From positions 76,136,001 to 76,200,000 of the forward strand of contig OZ024744.1 in assembly GCA_964016885.1 (NCBI GenBank): 64,000 bases of DNA. The letters run 5' to 3'. The position numbers and the translations under genes were made by a program. Below are positions 57,613 through 64,000 of the stretch, one piece after another. Source of the stretch: Eledone cirrhosa. Taxonomy: Eukaryota. The notes beneath the pieces are model-generated. The model was not told where the DNA came from and did no database searches. It was given only the letters and a program-made list of their open reading frames with translations. Numbering within the stretch: position 1 is the first letter of the stretch; each line of letters begins with the position of its first letter.

Positions 57613-57959
57613 GAAAAACACTCATGCGCACCTAGAAGTACGAAAGATATGTTGTATTTTAATTAATTATCATTATCATTATCATCATAATTATTGTTTT
57701 TATCCCTATTTACATGCTGACACCGGTTAGACAGTTCTGTTTCAGTACAATTTCTCTCCACATGCCATTATCTTATGTCATCTATATACACGGTAAAAGA
57801 AAACCGCCATTATTTACATTAGCATATATTATGTTTTCGTAAGCTTTTTTACGGCTGGATGCCCTTCCTGTCGTCGACCACATTACAGTATTGACAGAGT
57901 GAATTTTATTTGCATTAAATTTACAAAGCTTACTCTGTATCAGATATTATTTGTGTGCG

Positions 57960-58870
57960 AGGATTGGCAGTATCGGTAGAGGGGTCGGACGCCATGCTTT
58001 GCAGCAAAGAGTTCCTCCCCTTTATGGTCTGAGTTCAAATCCTGCCGAGGTTAACTTTGCCTTTCATCCTTTACAGGGTCGATAAAATAAAGTACCAGTA
58101 ATACACTGGATATTTGCTGGCCTTGTGCCAAAAGTAGAAACAACAGCGAGGAAGGTAATCGGTTGGCAGAATAAAATGTCATCTCGATATTTGTTATGTC
58201 TTTTTACATTCTGAGTTCAAATCCCGCCAATGTCACCTTTGCCTTTCATCTTTCTGAACGAGGTCGATAAAATAAGTTCGAATCACTTATTAGGATTGGA
58301 GTGATTGACGTTCACTCTCCCTACGAACTGTTGGCCTTGTACATAAATTATAAATCATTATTATGGGCCGAGGTTGACTTTGCCTTTCATCCTTACGGGG
58401 TCGATAACATAAAGTACCAGTAATGTACTGGGATAATTGCTGGCCTTGTGCCAAAAAGTAGAAATAATTATTATAGGCGGTGGATTGGCAGTATCGGTAG
58501 AGCATCAGACACCATGCTTTGCAGCATAGTTATGGCCCTTTGCGTTCTGAGTTCAAATTCTGCCGAGGTCAACTTTGCCTTTCATCTTAACAGGGTCGAT
58601 AAAATAAAATACCAGTAATGCACTGGCGTAATTGGTAGCCTTTTGTCAAAAGTAGAAACACTGGGCTGGACACTGTCGGTAAAACATCGAATAACAGACT
58701 TAGTAGCATATAGTTACGACCCTTTAAATTCTGAGTTCAAATATTGCCGACGCCAATTTTGCTTTTCATCTTTCAGAGGCCAATAAAATAAATTTCCAAT
58801 CACCTACAGGGATCGATGTAATTGAGTTTCTCTCACTTTACAAATTGTTGTCTATATTAAAAATCATTAT
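57960..58870 (+). mobile_element. Head-to-tail cluster of about five SINE copies
   Basis: Core TTTGCCTTTCATC..GTCGATAA recurs near 58055, 58238, 58378, 58572 and 58757. Confidence 0.88.
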
Positions 58871-59659
58871 TTGAGTGAGATGGACTGTGCAGGCTTTACG
58901 GGTTTTATTTTTTTCCTATCACCAACTCGTACACAACATGGACTAGGTCCATTATATCATGCCCCTGGCATAATATGATAACAAAATGACAAAATAAAAT
59001 AAGAGTCTACCATGACACAATGCACTTTATCAGTTTATTCATTTATATGGGTTGTCTTAGCTTCGGCTTTCGGAACCTGTGTCTCTTCTGTGTAGTTAGA
59101 ATAGGACTCATTTCGTATACAGGAGGGTTTTCTCGGTGTGCTCAGATTTTTAGATGGGTTAAATTCACGACAGATTAGAAGTCACATCTCTCTATGATAT
59201 AATCAACCATCAAGAGAGACACCCATTGGCTATTTGCGGTTGCTGGGGTTAAAGTTGGTGGGATGGCAGGGAGAGGCAGGATGGCTTTTTTAGCTAGGAA
59301 GCTAATGGTAGGCCCTAAGCTGGTTGGACATGAAGGCTGTAACTATTACGAAGGTAAGAGAACTTACCTTCGTAATAGTCGAAAACAACTTAGCATGAAG
59401 CTACCTCCCTGACGTAAGTAAACTAAGCGCTTAACTACCAAAGTAAAATATCAGGATAATCTAATGGCGGATTGGTCTACGTTGTCAAGACGTAGATGAA
59501 GAGTGAGGGGGGGGGGGGTATAATCGGTGCTTTTCACATGTAATTAAGTGTTCTTTTATTTTCCTTTAAGCCCTCAACTCCTGATGGAGTCATGTGGAGT
59601 ACAGCGGGGTGGGTGGGTGGGGGGGGGGCATTTAAATATGGTAGAGAGGTCACCGCCCC

Positions 59660-59661
<2 letters not shown>

Positions 59662-59746
<85 letters not shown>

Positions 59747-59929
59747 CAGGTCTGAACACAGCCAATTTCTTCCAGAGAGAAAAAAAGGTTGAGAAGAAAA
59801 AGAAAATAAGAAAAAAAAAACATAGCAGAAGGATAGATCTCAGTACTAGACTTGTACTTTATTTATCGTCCACAAAAAGATGATGAATGAAAACGTTGAC
59901 CAATTGAGCAGGATTAGAACTCAGAACAT

Positions 59930-59998
<69 letters not shown>
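59662..59998. repeat. (CT)n and (GA)n tracts facing each other
   Basis: 59662-59746 and 59930-59998. Confidence 0.95.
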
Positions 59999-60410
59999 CT
60001 GAAATGAATACCACAAAACATTTTACATGAAATTCTAAAGACACTGCCAATTTGCTTCACCAACGTATGAAAATTGTTCACAATTTTCATATATAATATT
60101 GATAATTCATATATATATAAAAAAATAGCTATATCACAATAAACGGCCTTGACCTCTTTACATGGCCCTCATTTTTTGTTCAGCCATGTTTTTCTCATGA
60201 CCTCGATGAGATATATGGCAAGATTGGCCTTAAGGGACCTTTTCCAACACACTATATAAATACTAACGAAACCTCTTGAAACGTAATTTAGCCTAAATAT
60301 GAATAAAATTAACAATTTTCACACACAATTTCTAAATATTGATAATATCAAACACGTATTTACTATATGTGTGTGAGCGTATATATAAGTATATACGTAA
60401 ATATATACAC

Positions 60411-60531
<121 letters not shown>

Positions 60532-62167
60532 CATAAGTATACATATATATATGTGTGTGTATACGTATATATAGCCCCCCCCCCCCCACACATATATATA
60601 TATACATACATAACATATACATACATAGATATATACATATATACATACATATGTACATACATACATGCGTATGTATATACACAATATATATAATGTATAT
60701 CATAATCTGTTTCTTATAAAACCTACACAGGTCTATGTTATACAGCTTGCAAACATCTGATACAGATCTCTATTTCCTTAATATTTATGAGTGTCAATTG
60801 CTTGTCGTACAAGTTTCACCTACTGGCTGTTCACAGCTAGTAGGAAAAACTTGTACTGCAAGTAACTGACTCTCTTTGATATATAATATATTATGTCACT
60901 TGATATTCGGTATTGGTTAGTGCAGTGGATAAATATATATTTAAAGCAAATCTTGTGTGAGTCACTGCTCGAAACTTTCTTGTTCCTAGAAAAAAGGTTT
61001 ACATGCTTGAAGTTTAAAGTTTGACAAAATGGTAAAAGTTTGCATTGTAAACTATTATATCGACACCGGTATTTAACTGCTGTAGAAACCACATAATACG
61101 ACGACTGCAACCTGATCACGCCCGTCACCCTCATACGAATTATTGGTGCAGGTTGGTGGTTGCTTTTACCTGGAGCGTATGAATATAGTTTTTGAGGATG
61201 TGTGCGATATTTACTTTTCCTTGTGCAGTATATTTCCGGTAAGTGGGGTCGAATTTAGGTTGATGAATTGCGTTTGCTTCGATTTGTTGTAGATTTATTT
61301 AGGTTCAAGTTAAGGCAATTGACGGTTTCGGTTGCATATATTTTATCCACCCCTGAAGCTAAAAAAATCTTTTTAAATTTGACTTCGTCAATATTTCAAC
61401 TCAGTATGTAAAATAAAAGGTAACTAGATACTGCCAGGTATTTTCTATAAATGTCTTTTGTTTGTTTGTTTGTTGTTTATGTTTCCATTGAGTGTCATTT
61501 TCTTGTTCAACGTTTCTGTCTGTCTTCTTTCACGTTCAGAATGTTGTATTTGTCTTCAGCCAGAATATGACGAAAACATTAACAGCTTTTTCAGCGTGAG
61601 TGATTCGCCTTTCTTTAAGTTTTTTTACCATTCAGTCATGTTTTTGCAGGGTAATTTTTTTTTCTGTTTGTTTGTTTCTTTAGTTTATTTATTTATTGCT
61701 TATTCATGTGGAAGGGGTAGTCTTCATCACCCTTTTCATGGCTTCCACGGCTCTTAATATAATATTTGAAGGTTCTCAATGAACACACCGGTTGGACTTA
61801 CTAGTATTCCGTTGAAAACAACTTGGCATGAATGATATGGTTCTATCCATATATTGCCTTATACAAGTATATTTTAAAAAAACAAGGTAGAAACACTTCC
61901 ACAGATAAAAAAAACATTTTCTATAAGAAAAAAAAAATTTATATAGAAAAAATTTTTCTATAGAAAAATTCTATAAAAAAAATATCTGAAAAATGTATTT
62001 CCAAGAAAAACTTCTATAATTAATTTCTAAAAGTCCACAAACATGAAAAATAATATATGGTAAATAAACAGAAAATTATATATATATATATATATAAAAT
62101 TCTGTATATATATGCAAGCATGTATGTATATATATATACATATATATATATATATACATATATATAA

Positions 62168-62237
<70 letters not shown>

Positions 62238-62699
62238 CATTGTTTAGAAGCAGGGAGAATTTTTATCAATGAGAATAGGATAGAATCTGTGTATATATAC
62301 AATTTACGCTAAATGATTTTATTTGTGGGTGTGGTTATTATTGGAAGTTGTATAAAAAAATCTGTGTTTAATATCAATACTATATATTAAACAATATCAA
62401 TACTATATATTAAAATACTATATATTAAATCTGTGTATTTCAGCTAAAATGCTTTATATTTCTTGGGGTGTGGCGGTATAGAGTTTTGGGGACATTTTGT
62501 CTTATAGTAAAATGTGAAGTTTAAAAACTGGTGTTGTTCATATTTTTAAGTTAGTCGCATCCAAATGTAGACACATGTGTGTGGGGGTATGTGTTAAGTA
62601 TTTCCGTAGAAAAGGTAAAGGAAAGAAGTGTGCTGTATGTATTGTATAGAGCTATTTAATTACATAATAAACAACACAATATAATTATTTTATTACCGA

Positions 62700-62887
62700 A
62701 GGGCGGTGGATTGGCAGTATCGGTTGAGGGTCGGGCGCCATGCTTTGCAGCATAGAGTTACGGCCCTTTATGGTCTGAGTTCAAATCCCGCCGAGGTTAA
62801 CTTTGCCTTTCATCCTTACGGGGTCGATAAAATAAAGTACCAGTAATACACTGGGATAATTGCTGGCCTTGTGCCTAAAGTAGAAAC
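62700..62887 (+). mobile_element. Full SINE with 15-bp target site duplication
   Basis: A box TGGCAGTATCGG, B box GAGTTCAAATCC; AATTATTTTATTACC at 62683-62697 and 62888-62902. Confidence 0.92.
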
Positions 62888-63389
62888 AATTATTTTATTA
62901 CCCAAGATTTCAAGAAACTAGATGATTGTTTCAAGAAACAAGATAATTCTTGTAAGAAATATCCAGCTTGTTTGTCAGACAAAACAATTTTGTTTTATCT
63001 GACGAACGAGCTGGATATTTCTTGCAAGAATTATCTAGATTTTTGAAGCCTTTGGTAATGAAATAATTATATTGTATTGTTTATTATGTAATTATAAGTG
63101 TATATATATATATTCAAAATGTTTGCATACTCACACAGACGCAAAACTCCCGTATTCACATAGCCAAACCCTATGTACCAGAATATATAAAAAATTATAC
63201 GCCATAACAATCAAATATACGTACGAGAAGGTATACGTACCTTCACAAAACATACGGGTAATATATACTTACCTATGCAAATAAGTAAAGGAATAAACAA
63301 AACATATACTTAGCTCCCACATCAAGACGTAAAATATCCACGTATAGATCGTACTATCCGTTAGGGTATAACGTGGGGCTGTAATACAG

Positions 63390-64000
63390 GAAAGTTTTGT
63401 GCAATTTATGTTTACAAGCCGAAATTGCATCAGATTTTTTGTTTAAGATGTGGTCTGTGGCGTAGAGTATTTCCAGGGCCTCAGCGGCGCAGAGGTCACA
63501 TGGTCTTTTATTTCCGTTATACGATCTAGCCCTAGCTAGGATCTCCCAGTGTAACTTATATTGGGTGTGGTTGTCTTTTATAATCTAGATATAAGCTGAA
63601 AGTGACGTCATATTCCTTCTTAGAGGGTAACGAAAAGAATGGGTATGCATGTAAAGACGCTGCTTGAAACTATTGGCGGTTGTAACACCCACGTCCCTAC
63701 GGGACGTGGGTGTTACAACCTTACATTTTTAGACAATGTTACTAGAGAGGCATTTCCCGGATAGGGGGCAATCAGCCAGATTCCTACAATTACAGTTAGT
63801 ACTAACTACAGGGTTTCAGGTGTTCTTACGGCTAGGTAGTTTAGCTAAATTTGAAGCTGTGATGTTATGTGCAAGGTTAGGAGTCGTAGAGTAAGAAATT
63901 TTAATAGTATTTCTATTAAAAATGTTACTATATTTATGTGTAGGGGGAAAATGCTTCGTAATAAGGGAAAGAAAGATCTTAGCTAATGGTGTGGCCACCT
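63390..64000 (-). mobile_element. Penelope-like element 3 (Naiad-like) GIY-YIG region; continues past the window
   Basis: FNRNTIKISYSTTPNL, CNCRNLADCPLSGKCL, SFKQRL..H, PCDLCAAE. Confidence 0.85.

Noticed and set aside
59400-59645. Host promoter (TGACGTAA, ATTGG, TTTAAATA)
   Set aside because: Short motifs expected by chance; no downstream exon identified
60780-61400. Further decayed Penelope GIY-YIG remnant
   Set aside because: Only vague motif resemblance; cannot be supported by eye
62700-62800. tRNA gene
   Set aside because: A/B boxes belong to a multi-copy SINE with TSD; no cloverleaf seen

Overview
AT-rich animal intergenic or intronic DNA made almost entirely of microsatellites and mostly decayed retroelements. 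A cephalopod (octopus-like) origin is an inference from the SINEs and repeat make-up. No host exon, rRNA, tRNA or CRISPR array can be supported. Contents: Tx1/L1-clade LINEs (three large copies, one 3' half, one 3'UTR fragment); R4/Dong-type RLE LINEs; RTE LINEs; several Penelope-like elements (Naiad-like YRDD RT plus GIY-YIG) with hammerhead motifs; many tRNA-headed SINEs; a non-autonomous Helitron; and mariner remnants. Main observations: (1) apparent microsatellite targeting, with Tx1 (minus strand) and R4 (plus strand) alternating in (AAT)n, a related Tx1 in (GATA)n and other R4-like fragments in (ACAT)n; (2) the same -1 frame break at GGATCGGGGG early in ORF2 of three diverged Tx1 copies; (3) divergent ORF1s attached to a nearly identical ORF2; (4) a long-stem-II hammerhead with a non-canonical CCGUCGA core, plus several short fold-back elements carrying hammerhead cores. 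All identities and element boundaries are by-eye estimates.
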